Part shown: in pieces, positions 27,246-38,475 of the stretch
How the letters are laid out: the number at the start of each line of letters is the position of its first letter
How positions within the stretch are numbered: position 1 is the stretch's first letter
Assembly (NCBI RefSeq): GCF_009914755.1
Contig: NC_060925.1
Strand: one strand, 5' to 3'
DNA: 64,000 bases
Source: the human T2T-CHM13v2.0 reference genome, Homo sapiens
Translations under genes and position numbers: made by a program
The notes under the pieces: model-generated
Seen by the model: the letters and a program-made list of their open reading frames with translations, nothing else
The model's database searches: none
Told to the model about the DNA's origin: nothing

Positions 27246-29653
27246 TTTTAGGCCTCTGTTCTCACTCTGTAAAAACTTCTCAGTCAGCTGAACTCTGTTT
27301 AACTGTCTACTTCTGCTTGTTTCTCTTTCTACTTGCCACACTCTATGCCATATGTGGGACCTAAAAAAAAAACAAAAACATAAAACAAAAAACGAAAGGA
27401 GTTTCTAACAGCCTGAGTGAGATTCCTTGGGAAAAACAGAAAAGGTGTCAGGCCCCTATGATTGAGAGGAGCCTCTATTTTTCCTCATGGAATCCCAAGA
27501 TTTGTAAGCAGACAGGTTCCACTCAGGTCTAAAAACTCCTCTCCTTTTTATTGCATTATCTAATCTTTCTGGCTTTTGAGGATATCAGAAAGTACTTTAC
27601 ATTATGAGAAAATTTTAGACCTTGGTATATGTAATAGCTAGGTGATAGATATACTTTCAGAGATGGCTAGTGGTAGTTGCTTACAGTAAATAATTATTAC
27701 TCTAAGGGCTACTCTTTGCATGTTTTAGTCAAGAAAGTATGCAGTTTAAATACTTAGAAAAATGTCTTTGTAACAAAGTGCACTGTAAAAGCATGATGTG
27801 GTCTGGTCCTGTGGCAGTTCTCTCTCTTTGGGGACTCAAGATTCAGTGTGGGTCTTCTCTGAGCTCAGTGGTCCAATTAAAAGATAGAGGCTAAATTAAA
27901 TACCTATGTAAATAAAATTGCGTTTATAAAATTCTATGGTAGACTTCTATGATTTTGTGTTGCCTTGGTATCTATTTTTAATCTTCCTCTAACACACCCA
28001 AGCTTTTTCTCTCTCTCTCTGGTTTGAGGCATAAATTTGCAACCCTGTTTTCTCCAAACCTCAGTGAGGGCATTGACCATGGCCTTGTGAGGCACATGAA
28101 CTTTAACCTTTTCACAATTTAATCCAACCGTCCTTTAAACTAGTGAGTTTATCTGTCTTGTGGCTAAAACTTAAAAATCAAAACCAGAAAAGCCTTATTT
28201 TGGTGTATGTCTTTATGTATACATGAGTATATGTCTATGTACTGTATACATGGATATCAAATTGACTTACTCATAAATTAAGTAAATAAGCCAAAATGCT
28301 TTTCAAGTTCACATTATTTTATTAATTTTTGGTAAATAAAGATGGTATTTAAATTATTGGTAAGATAAAGTAGAAACAACTTCAGAATTTAGACATTTGG
28401 TCTGAATTAGTCACTGTCTCTACTAGATGTTTTAAGATATAAAACTTTGCTTCTGACACTTGCTTAACTTATGTATAAACTTATGTCCTTAGATTTGAGC
28501 CTTTAGGATACCATGAAGATTAGCTCCAGGCATTGTCTTTTGCCCTTGGCTCTGCAGCTGGTACCTAATTAAAATTGCTTCCCTCCTAAGTTTCTCACTA
28601 GGAATAGGAGTTACTTACTAACTCTTAAGTTAATATTACAATTATGTATGTAATTAAAACTCCTAGACACATACAAAGTGTATTAAAGAGGTAGGATTTG
28701 TTTTTTGGTAAGAAAATGTTAAAAGAAGATGTGGGAGTGTGGTTCTTTTTAAGAGAAAGTAATTTTATCTAGAGGTGTTTATTGTTTTAAGATAAAGAAT
28801 AATAGGACAAAACTAAAGTTTCAAGCAAGTTGTAGAAGCTTTGTGGAAGATTGACCTTGTCAAAGGAATTCTGTATGTGAGCAGGCTGGTTAAAATTTAA
28901 AGAGGATTATCTAGTTTTTCTATAAATTAAACATTAAAGTAAAAAGCACACTGATGCAGGGCCATAATCTAGGCCCCTGGATTGAAATAACTGGGTTTTC
29001 TTGGAGCATTGATCTGCTGTTTTATAGAAAACTGTGAAAAGGTATAAAAGGTTTGTAGAAATCTTACAAATCTTAGAAATCAGTTGAAATCTTATGATTC
29101 AACTGATTAAAATTGAATTTATAAGGATTTATGAAAATTAGCTTTAGCATTAATAATACCTATAAAAGGTAAAATTTGGTTTTCTCTTGAATAAGGTGTA
29201 ATATTGAGAGACAGTGAAAGATTTTTGTTTACTTTTTCAGTTAGCTGCAAAAGAAAAAAAAAGAGAGAAAGGGAAATGGATTTAGTTGGCCTTGTGCTGC
29301 TTTTATTTGGTCTTATTGTTTTGGAAAGTGAATCTCCTCTATACAAAAAAGTAAGGTTTTTGCTTAATTGAAATTTTTGAGTTCTCATCTTGGTTAAATG
29401 AAAGACTTATTTTATATAACCTGTTATTCTATTTTGTGATATGAAGTGTTTAAAACCATTGATATTTGAGAAACTTTCCAAAATCAAATTCTAAATTCAG
29501 TCTCTTGGACCTCATTTTTTTTTTTTAGATATAAAGTCCCCTGAAGTCCAAGAGAGACATATTGGGCTTATTTGATATGTTAAAATTAGACAGAAAGCAT
29601 TTTCAAATGGGAAATGTTTAACTTTCTGTGGGTTATATATATATATATATATA

Positions 29654-30097
29654 TTATTTTTTTCTTTTTTTATGGAACAGTGCAACCTGACCCATCAGAG
29701 ACATAAATTCCCAAGTGTTTTTAATTTGTTTTCTCCATCAGAATGGTACATGGCAGATAGTAAAATTCAGCACCAGGTTGTGGCTTTTGATGTAGAGCCA
29801 GCCACAGGCTGCGCTCCTGCCACTCTGGGTGGGCCTGGCAGCCTAGGCAGCCTGGGGTGCGCTAGAGGCAGGCTCCATATCCACGGACTACCCAGGACAT
29901 GAGGCTCCCAAGCTCCAAAAGAGATCCTAAGCCAGGGCCGGATGGGGGTTCTGGGCCCTTGGTTTCTTAAGGGGTCTCAGGGCATCTAAATCTCCTACCT
30001 CTGAGTGTCTCATTCCCTGACTTCTGCACAGGGAAATCAATGGCCCCAAGCCCCCTAGGTTAATTGAGGTGTGAGTGCTGGTAACCACCCATAACAA
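29654..30097 (-). pseudogene. Probable retroposed RNA fragment (3'UTR-like or orphan transduction) of unknown source inside the provirus
   Basis: T-tract 29654-29671 (poly(A) on -), ATTAAA on - at 29720-29725, abrupt GC-rich ~430 bp inside AT-rich ERV internal sequence that resumes afterwards. Confidence 0.55.
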
Positions 30098-32002
30098 GGT
30101 TTGTATATTACAAAATTGCATGTGATTCCTATGACTCTGATATGCCTTAGTATGCATTATCAGTAGTAATTATAATCACTGTGTTAAATTGTTATATGCT
30201 ATATAAACAACCAAATTTTCTTATCAGTTGTGTCTTTGACCATGGCCGTTCTAAGACTTCTGTCATCTACTATTGTTGTTTTACTTTGATCCTCATCAAA
30301 AGGTGGTTTATAGTCAGCTATTGGAATCTGATGGGTATGCTTGAATGCAGGTTTCCAATAACTTTGGAGATTTTGCCATTGAAATAGAGAGAAAAACTTC
30401 CCAGACTCTAATGGAGAGCTAATGTATTCATGAGGAATGCTGGCCCAGTCATGAGCAGAGCAGGAGTTAATTGCATGGACTGAACTAATAGATGACTGAA
30501 ATAATCTTTCCATGACCCTTTTATTTGAAACATCGATTTTTTTTAGCTTTGTTTTTACAAATCAAGAAAACTTTTTACTTTTAAGCTATTTACAGCTTTT
30601 AACATTTGGGTAAAGTATATTCTTATGAGTAAAATTTGAAGCATATTTCTTTCTTTCTACCTGATTTCTCCAAAACTTGGAAAAACTGTTTGGTATTCTT
30701 AATTTATGGCAATGTAGTTATTTGCATAAGTTCAGTAAGAATCTGTTTCCTACTGTAACAGGTCACAATTGATGGCGCTAGTTATGTTACCAAGGCTTTG
30801 ACTAGAATGGCATGTTTTCAGTATGAGGAAGCTGCTTTGAGGAATTGAAATTGACTTTATAGAGCTGATAAAATCCCATTGTTAAAACTGGCCTCATACC
30901 TTATCCTTTACTTACTCATAGCAAGTAAAGAATCTTACTTTCTGACAGGCCCAGGAGCTTCAAGTTACCTTAGGTCCTCAAAAAGAGGAATTCTCCCAAT
31001 TTATGCAGATATCTGCAAGGACAGATAAATCGTTGGCTGGGCTTGAGGCTTCTAAAAGATCTAATTTTGGATTCATTATGGGAAAAAAAATGTTCCAGCA
31101 AAAGCCAATTTAAAAAAGAGCCTAGATGGCAAATAATTATTCTCGTTGCACTTTGTGCAAATAATTAGGCCAGGTATAACAGAATTAAAACTTATTTTGC
31201 AAATTGGTCCTACTATGATTTTGTGTTTAGCAAAATTGGGGAATTAGAGAAAAATTATGTTTCAAAAGAAACTATGTACACTTGTTATTAGATTCTAGTC
31301 TTGCCCATTTGTATTCAGTTTTTATTATTTTCTACAATTTGGACTGAACCCTGAATTTTTTTCCTGGGTACAAGTCTCCAAACTAATGTTTTCGATTTCT
31401 TTTCTCTCCCATTTTTCTGACTTGAAAGACCTAGAAATTAAAACTGCTTCTCTTAAAGTTCTGCAAATGTAAGCTAGATAAACTTTGGGAGAAAATAACA
31501 GAACTTATATATAAACAACCTTTTTGCCTGTCTGCTCATGTATGGGCTTCTCAGAAAGTGCACTTGAAGGCCTGGTTTGAACTACAGTCCAGAAGAATCT
31601 GTCAGATTGCCGCTGCAATCTGAAGAAGCCTCAGAGACTCTAGAAAAACTAGTGTAGAGACTGCTCCAGACATTAACTTTTGTTTATACTTCTGTCTCTA
31701 TAGAAATGTGTCTTATTAGAGATATGATTGTTTGCATCATATGCAGAGGCCTAGCCCATCTGCAATGTTACCTCCTGGAATGGGACACAGCTGTTTAACT
31801 TAACTGATCTATTGTCAGGACTAAGAGATTGAGTAAAGAAGATATGGGATGATATATTTAAATTGGGTCCTTTCTATTGATCCTAATTTGTCATTCTACT
31901 CCTTTGTCTAGCTCTATCTCACATCCTGTAACCCAAATCTCTCCAAAGCTATCACCTTGGCTTTTGATAGGTTAAACTTCTTTAAAGTGTCAAAGTGAGG
32001 AC

Positions 32003-32639
32003 TGGAGGAAATTAAAATATTTTACCCCAAAATATATTTCTTTGACATATTTTGAAGTAGCTGCCACTTGGTCATCCTATATTTCTTTGACATATTTTGA
32101 AGTAGCTGCAGCTTGGTCATCCTGATAGAAGTATAATTGCAAAGTTGTGTTAAGTGGGGGAAATTTGCATCTGTACAGACTACTAATGTAGCCATCCCCA
32201 CTTTCCCTTTCTATGTCTTTCCCAGGATCCAGGAGAGATTGAGAGTCTGAGACCTTTTAAAGTCCAGGGGGGGAAACACATTTACAATTTTTTTTTTTTA
32301 ATTTTTTTTTTGCTTTGTGGAAGTCTTCATCTATATAACAAGGCCAACTTTGCTAGCCAAGCTTCTTCTCTCTTTCAAGCCCTCTTAACCTGTCTTGCCA
32401 CTAAACCTGTCTTACCTGTTTCTGGCAATGGTCTTGAGTCTGCATTATTTACTGGGGCCTTAGGATGGTATATATGTATCTGTAATTCATTGGGAAGTTG
32501 GGTCTTCATTCTGAAGGCTCCCAAGTATACAGATTAAATAAAGCCGTATTTAATTTAATTGTCTTTTCTTCTATTAATCTGCCTCATGTCAGTGATTTTT
32601 AATGAATCATTAGGGGGTCAAGAGCCTAAGAACCCCATA
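32003..32639 (+). mobile_element. 3' LTR of provirus
   Basis: tggaggaaattaaaatattttaccccaaaatatatttc ... agagcctaagaaccccata; has a 45-bp tandem duplication and a poly-T expansion absent from the 5' LTR. Confidence 0.92.
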
Positions 32640-32644
32640 ATGTG

Positions 32645-33185
32645 TCTCCACTAAACTATGTTAAACCATTCAAAATAAATAACTGAGTGAAAAAAAGATA
32701 TACACAAAATATTTTAGACTAGTTGTATAAGGGGGCAAAGGAATAAAATTGGAAATTAAAACAAAAAAATAAATTCAATGAGGGAGAATCAGCACAGCCA
32801 GTGATATAATGTACCATAAATCAAAAGGAATAAGTAATTGGATCCGTAAATTTGGTATAAAATGGACAAAGACTAGGAATTCAGAAAATCAACTTCATGA
32901 GTTATCTCTTTTTCTTCACCCTGCCCCACCCTCCCACAGAATTTTTCATTATTAAGCAAAAAACTAATTTTTGGAAGATACACCCTAGAAAATTAGCCCA
33001 AATAATAGGGCAAGAAATAAAAGGCTGGAAAGAGTTCATTAATCAAAGAATTACAAGAGAAAATGTTTCTGAGAGAACCTGTCAGAATAAAAGTTTTTAT
33101 TAGTTGATAAAAGAGATTAATTCAGAAATGAACACATAAATATTCTTGCAAATGTTATGACTTCTAACATCATTTTAAAAATAAT
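32645..33185 (+). mobile_element. HAL1/ancient L1 ORF1-like remnant (appears to continue at 40446-40850)
   Basis: A-rich ORF1-like degenerate sequence; local similarity to 41170-41640. Confidence 0.45.
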
Positions 33186-34869
33186 AGGAGCAGGTAGAAC
33201 ATGATGGCCAAATAGAAGCCTCCAGTGATTATCCTCCCTGCAGGAAAACCAAATTTGACTACTGTCTACATGAAAAAGCACCTTCATAAGGACCAAAAAT
33301 TAGGTATATGTTCATATTACCTGAATTGAACTTCATATTGCTAAAAGAAGCACTAAAGAGGGTAGGAAAGACAATCTTGAATTACCAACATTACTTCCCC
33401 GTCCCTTGGCAGCAGCAGTGTGGCAAGAAGAGAGAATCTGTGCACTTGGGGAGGGGGAGAGTGCAGCAATTGTGGGAATTTGTATTGAAACTTAATGCTG
33501 ACAACACTGGGCAGAACTCAGTCAAGGCCCACAGGGGGACATTTTTACCTGCCGTAGCCAGAGGGGAATCACTCATCCCAGCAGTTGGAACTTGAGTTCT
33601 GGCAAGCATCAACACCGTGGGCTAAAGTGCTCTGGAATCCTAAATAAATATGAAAAGGCTATCTGGGCCTGGCAGGAACTGCAACTTCTAGGCATGTCCT
33701 AGTGCTGTGCTGAACTTGGAGCCAGTGGACTTGGGGGGCACCTGACCTAGTGAGAAGCCAGCTGGGGCAGCTAAAGGAGGGACAGTGTCATTCCTCTCCA
33801 AACCCCAGATCCAAAAGAGAATGCTTCCCTTTGCTTGAGGGAAGGAGAGGGATGAGTAAAGAGGACTTGTTTTGCAACTTGGATACAAGCTCAACCACAT
33901 TAGTATAGGGCAACAGACAGAGTTTTGAGGCTTCCATTCTAGGCCCTAGTTCACAGATGACATTTCTAAATATACCCTGGGTCAGAAAGGAACCCAATGC
34001 CTTGAAGGGAACCACCTGCTCCTGGCAGAATTCATTACCTGCTAGCTAAAGAACTCTTGGACCCTGCATAATCAGCAGTGGCAACCAGGCAGCATATGCT
34101 ATGATTTTTGAGTGGGACTCTGAGATGTGCTAGCTTGAGGTGTGACACAGCATCTTCACAGCTGTGATGGATATGATAAGAGACTCCTTCAGCTTGAGGA
34201 AAGAATAAAGGAGATTTTGTCTTGCAGCTTAGGTACCAGCTATTTTACAGTAGGGAAGAGCACCAAGTGGGTTCTTGGGATCTTAGATTCTAGGCGTCGG
34301 CTCTTGGATGGCACTTCTAGACCTACACTGGGCCAGAGAGCCCAGCCCTGGAGAGTGAGTCTCAGGCCTAGCAGCATTAAAAACAAGCCAACTAAAGAGC
34401 CCTTGGGCCTTAAGTGAATATTGGTGATACCTGGCAGCACTCCTGTTGGCCTATGGTAGTGGTGGACATGGTTAGAGACTCCTCTAGCTGGGGAAAGGGG
34501 AGCAAAGAGCAGAAAGGACTTTGTCTTGTGGTTTTAGTGCCAGCTTAGCTGCAATATAATAGAACATCTAGTAAATTTCTAAGTTTTCCAGCTTTAGGCC
34601 TTGCCAACTGGGCAGCATTTCTAGACTTTCCTCGGGCCCGGTGGAACTCACTGCCCTGAAAGAAAGAACACAGGACTGGCTAGTGTCACCACCTGCTGAT
34701 TGTTGAGCCCTAGGACCTTGAGCAAACATAGATGGTAGCCAGGTACTGGTTACAGCTGGCCTTGGGCAAGACCTAGTGATGTGCTGATTTCCGGTCAGAC
34801 CCTGTGCAGTTCCAGTGGTGGTGGCCATAGGGGTACTTATTTCATCCCTTTTCTGGCTCCAGGCAGCTC

Positions 34870-34872
<3 letters not shown>

Positions 34873-34936
<64 letters not shown>

Positions 34937-34975
34937 ACAGAGAGACAGAGAGAGAGAGAGAGAAAGAGAGAGACA
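34873..34975. repeat. (CA)n(GA)n compound microsatellite
   Basis: ~30 uninterrupted CA units followed by GA/GACA units. Confidence 0.95.
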
Positions 34976-35880
34976 CTCCATTTGTTTGGGAGATAGTAAG
35001 AGAAGAGAACAAGAGTCTCTGCCTGGCAATCCAGAGAATTCTTCCAGATCTTATTCAAGACTACCAAGGTATTACCTCTACAAGTCTGCGAGAAATATGG
35101 AGTTATTGGGCTTTAGGTGCTCCCTATACAGCTGCAGTGACCAAAAATTTAGATCACAACACCCAAGTCCCTTCAAATACCTGGAAAGCCTTCAAAGAAG
35201 GATAAGTACAAACAGCTCAGACTGCAAAGACTACAGTAAATGCCTAACTCTTTAACACCTAGACACTGAAACAAATATGCAAGCATCAAGACTATCCAGG
35301 AAAACATGACCTCACCAAATGACCTAAATGAGGTGCCAGAGGTCAATCGCAGAGAGATAGAGATATGTAAACTTTTAAACAGAGAAGTCAAAAATAACTG
35401 TTTGAGAAACAAAAAAAGAAATTCAAGGCAGCACAAAGAAGGAATTGAGACTCCTATCAGATAAATTTAGCAGACATTGAAATATTTAAAAAGAATCAAG
35501 CAGAAATTCCGGAGTTGAATAATGTAATTGACATACTGAAGAATGCTTCAGAGTGTCTTAATAGCAGAATTGATTAACAGAAGAAAGAACTAGTGAGCTT
35601 GAAGACTGCCTATTTAAAAATACATAGTAAGGGAGGAAAAGAAAGAAAGACAATGAATAAAGCATGCTTACAAGATCTAGAAAATAGCCTCAAAAGGACA
35701 AATCTAAGAGTTAATGTAAATCAAAAAAGAGCAGGAGTAGCTATACTTATATCAGACAAAATAAATGTGAGGACAACAACTATAAAAAGATAAAGAATGT
35801 CATTATATAATCATAACAGGGTCAATTCAGCTGGACAATATGACAATTGTAAATATATATGCACCCAACACTGGATCACC

Positions 35881-35921
35881 CACATATATATATATATATA
35901 CACACACACATATATATACAT

Positions 35922-35953
<32 letters not shown>

Positions 35954-36022
35954 GCACACACATATACACACACATATGTATAGGTGATAAATGAAATATA
36001 ATGAAATATATATGTGTATATA

Positions 36023-36075
<53 letters not shown>

Positions 36076-36077
36076 GT
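35881..36077. repeat. (TA)n(CA)n ... (TG)n(TA)n inverted microsatellite inside L1 ORF2
   Basis: Left arm TA/CA runs, right arm TG/TA runs, short spacer. Confidence 0.9.
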
Positions 36078-36753
36078 AAGGCACATATGATTAGAGCTTA
36101 GACCCCAATACAATAATAGCTGGAGACTGCAACACCCCACTTTCAGCATTGGACAGATCTTCCAGAAAAAAAATCAACAACAAAAAAATTGGACTTATTC
36201 TATACTACAGATCAAATGGACCTATTAGATATTTACAGAACATATCATATGATAGCTTCATAGTACACATTCTTTTCCTTAGCACATGGATGATTCTCAT
36301 GGATAGACCATATATTAGTCCACAAAACAAGTCTTAAAACAGTCAAATAAACTGAAATAATATCAAGTATCTTCTTTGACCACAATAAAATAAAACTAGA
36401 AATCAGTAAGAGAAATTTTGGAAATTATAAAAACATGGAAATTAAACAATGTGCTCCTTAATGACTAATGGGTCCATGAGAAGATTACGAAGGAAATTGA
36501 ACAATTTCTTGAAACAAATGATAATGGAAATACGATATCTTAAAACATATGGGATATAGCAAAAACAATACTAAGAGGGAAGTTTATAGCTATGAGTACC
36601 TAAATCAGAAAAGAAGAAATTCTTCAAATAAACAGCCTAACAATGCATCTTGAAGAACTAGAAAAGCAAGAGCAAACCAAACCCAAAGGTAGAAAAAGAA
36701 AATAAATAATAAAGATTAGAGCAAAAATAAATGAAATTAAAATGAAGAAAACA

Positions 36754-37062
36754 GGCTGGCATGGTGGCTCCTGCCTGTAATTCCAGCACTTTGAGAGGCT
36801 GAAACAGGTGGATAGCTTGAGGCCAGGAGTTCCAGACCAGCCTGGCCAACATGGCAAAAACCTATCTCTACTAAAAATACAAACATTAGAGGGGCATGGT
36901 GTGCATGCCTGTAGTCCTAACTACATTGGAAGGCTGAGACACAAGAATCACTTGAACCCGGAAGGCAGAGGTTGCATTTAGCCGAGATTGTGCCACTGTA
37001 CTCCAGCCTGGGGTGACACTGGGGTGACAGAGCAAGACTCTTGCCTAGAAAAGAAAAAAGAA
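36754..37062 (+). mobile_element. Alu (AluJb/Sz-like)
   Basis: ggctggcatggtggctc...gaggccaggagttccagaccagcctggccaacatggc; small dup ctggggtgaca x2; A-rich tail. Confidence 0.92.
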
Positions 37063-38171
37063 GAAGAAAATACACGAGTCATGAAAACTTGGTTTTTTGA
37101 AAAGATGGCCAGACTAATGAAGAAAAAGTGAGAGAAGACACAAATAAAATCAGAGATGAAAAAAGGGACATTACAGTTGATACCAAAGAAATTCTAAGGA
37201 TCATTGCAGACTACTATGAACAGCTATATGCCAATATACTGGGAAACCTAGAATAAACAGACCAATTCTTAGACACATACAACCTAGCAAGATTGAACCA
37301 TAAATAAATCCAAAACCTGAGCAGAGCAATTTCAAGTAATGAGATAGAAAAACATAATAAATATTCTCCCAGCAAAGAAAAGCCTGGGACCTGTTAATTT
37401 CACTGAAGAATTATACCAAACATTTAATGAAGAACTAATATCAATCCTACTCAAATTATTTTGAAAAATAGAGGAGGAGGGGATACTTCCAAACTTATTC
37501 TATGAGGCCAGTATTACCTTGATACAAAAATCAGACAACGGCAAATCCAAAAAAGAAAACTACAGGTCAATATCAGTGATTAACACTGATGCAAAAATCC
37601 TCAACAAAATACTGGTAAACCAAATTCAACAATACATTAAAAAGATCATTCATCATGACCAAGTGAGATTTATCCCAGTGATGCAAGAATGCTTCAACAT
37701 ATGCAAATGAATCGATGTGATACATCAGATCGACATAATGCAGGACAAAAGCCATATGACCATTTCAAATGAGGCTGAAAAAGCATTTGATAAAATTTAA
37801 TATCCTTTCATTTGAAAAACCTCCAAAACTGGGTATGGAAGGAACATACCTCAACATAGTAAAAGCTATGTAAAACAGACCCACACCTAGTATTGTACTG
37901 AATGGGGTAAACTGCAAGCCTTTCTTCTAAGATCTGGAATGTGACAAGGATGCCCACTTTAACCACTGTTATTCAACATAGGACTGGCAATTCCAGAGAA
38001 AGAAAGAAAAGGCATCCAAATTGGAAAGAAAGACATCAAATTGTCCATGTTTGCAGACAATATAATCTTATATTTGGAAAAACCTAAAGACTCCATTGAA
38101 AAACTACTAGAATTGATAAACAAATTCAGTAAAGCAGCAGGATACAAAGTCAACATACAAAAATCAGTAGC

Positions 38172-38475
38172 TTTTTTTTTTTTTTTTTTTTTTTGAGACA
38201 GAGTTTCACTCTTGTTGCCCAGACTGTAGTGCAATGGCTCAATTTTGGCTCATTGCAACCTCTGCCTCCTAGGTTAAAGCAATTCTCCTGCCTCAGCCTC
38301 CTGAGTAGCTGAGATTACAGACATGCGCCACCATGGCCATCTAATTTTGTATTTTTAGTAGAGATGGGGTTTCACCACGTTGTCAGGCTGGTCTCAAACT
38401 GCTGACCTCAAATGATCCACCCACCTCAGCCTCCCAAAGTGCTGGGATTACAGGTGTGAGACACTGCACCCAGCC
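38172..38475 (-). mobile_element. AluSq-like
   Basis: Poly-T, gagtttcactcttgttgccc...gcaatgg; perfect 13-bp TSD aaaaatcagtagc. Confidence 0.95.

Noticed and set aside
34781-36149. His-Thr / Val-Cys repeat ORFs
   Set aside because: Translations of (CA)n/(TG)n microsatellites.
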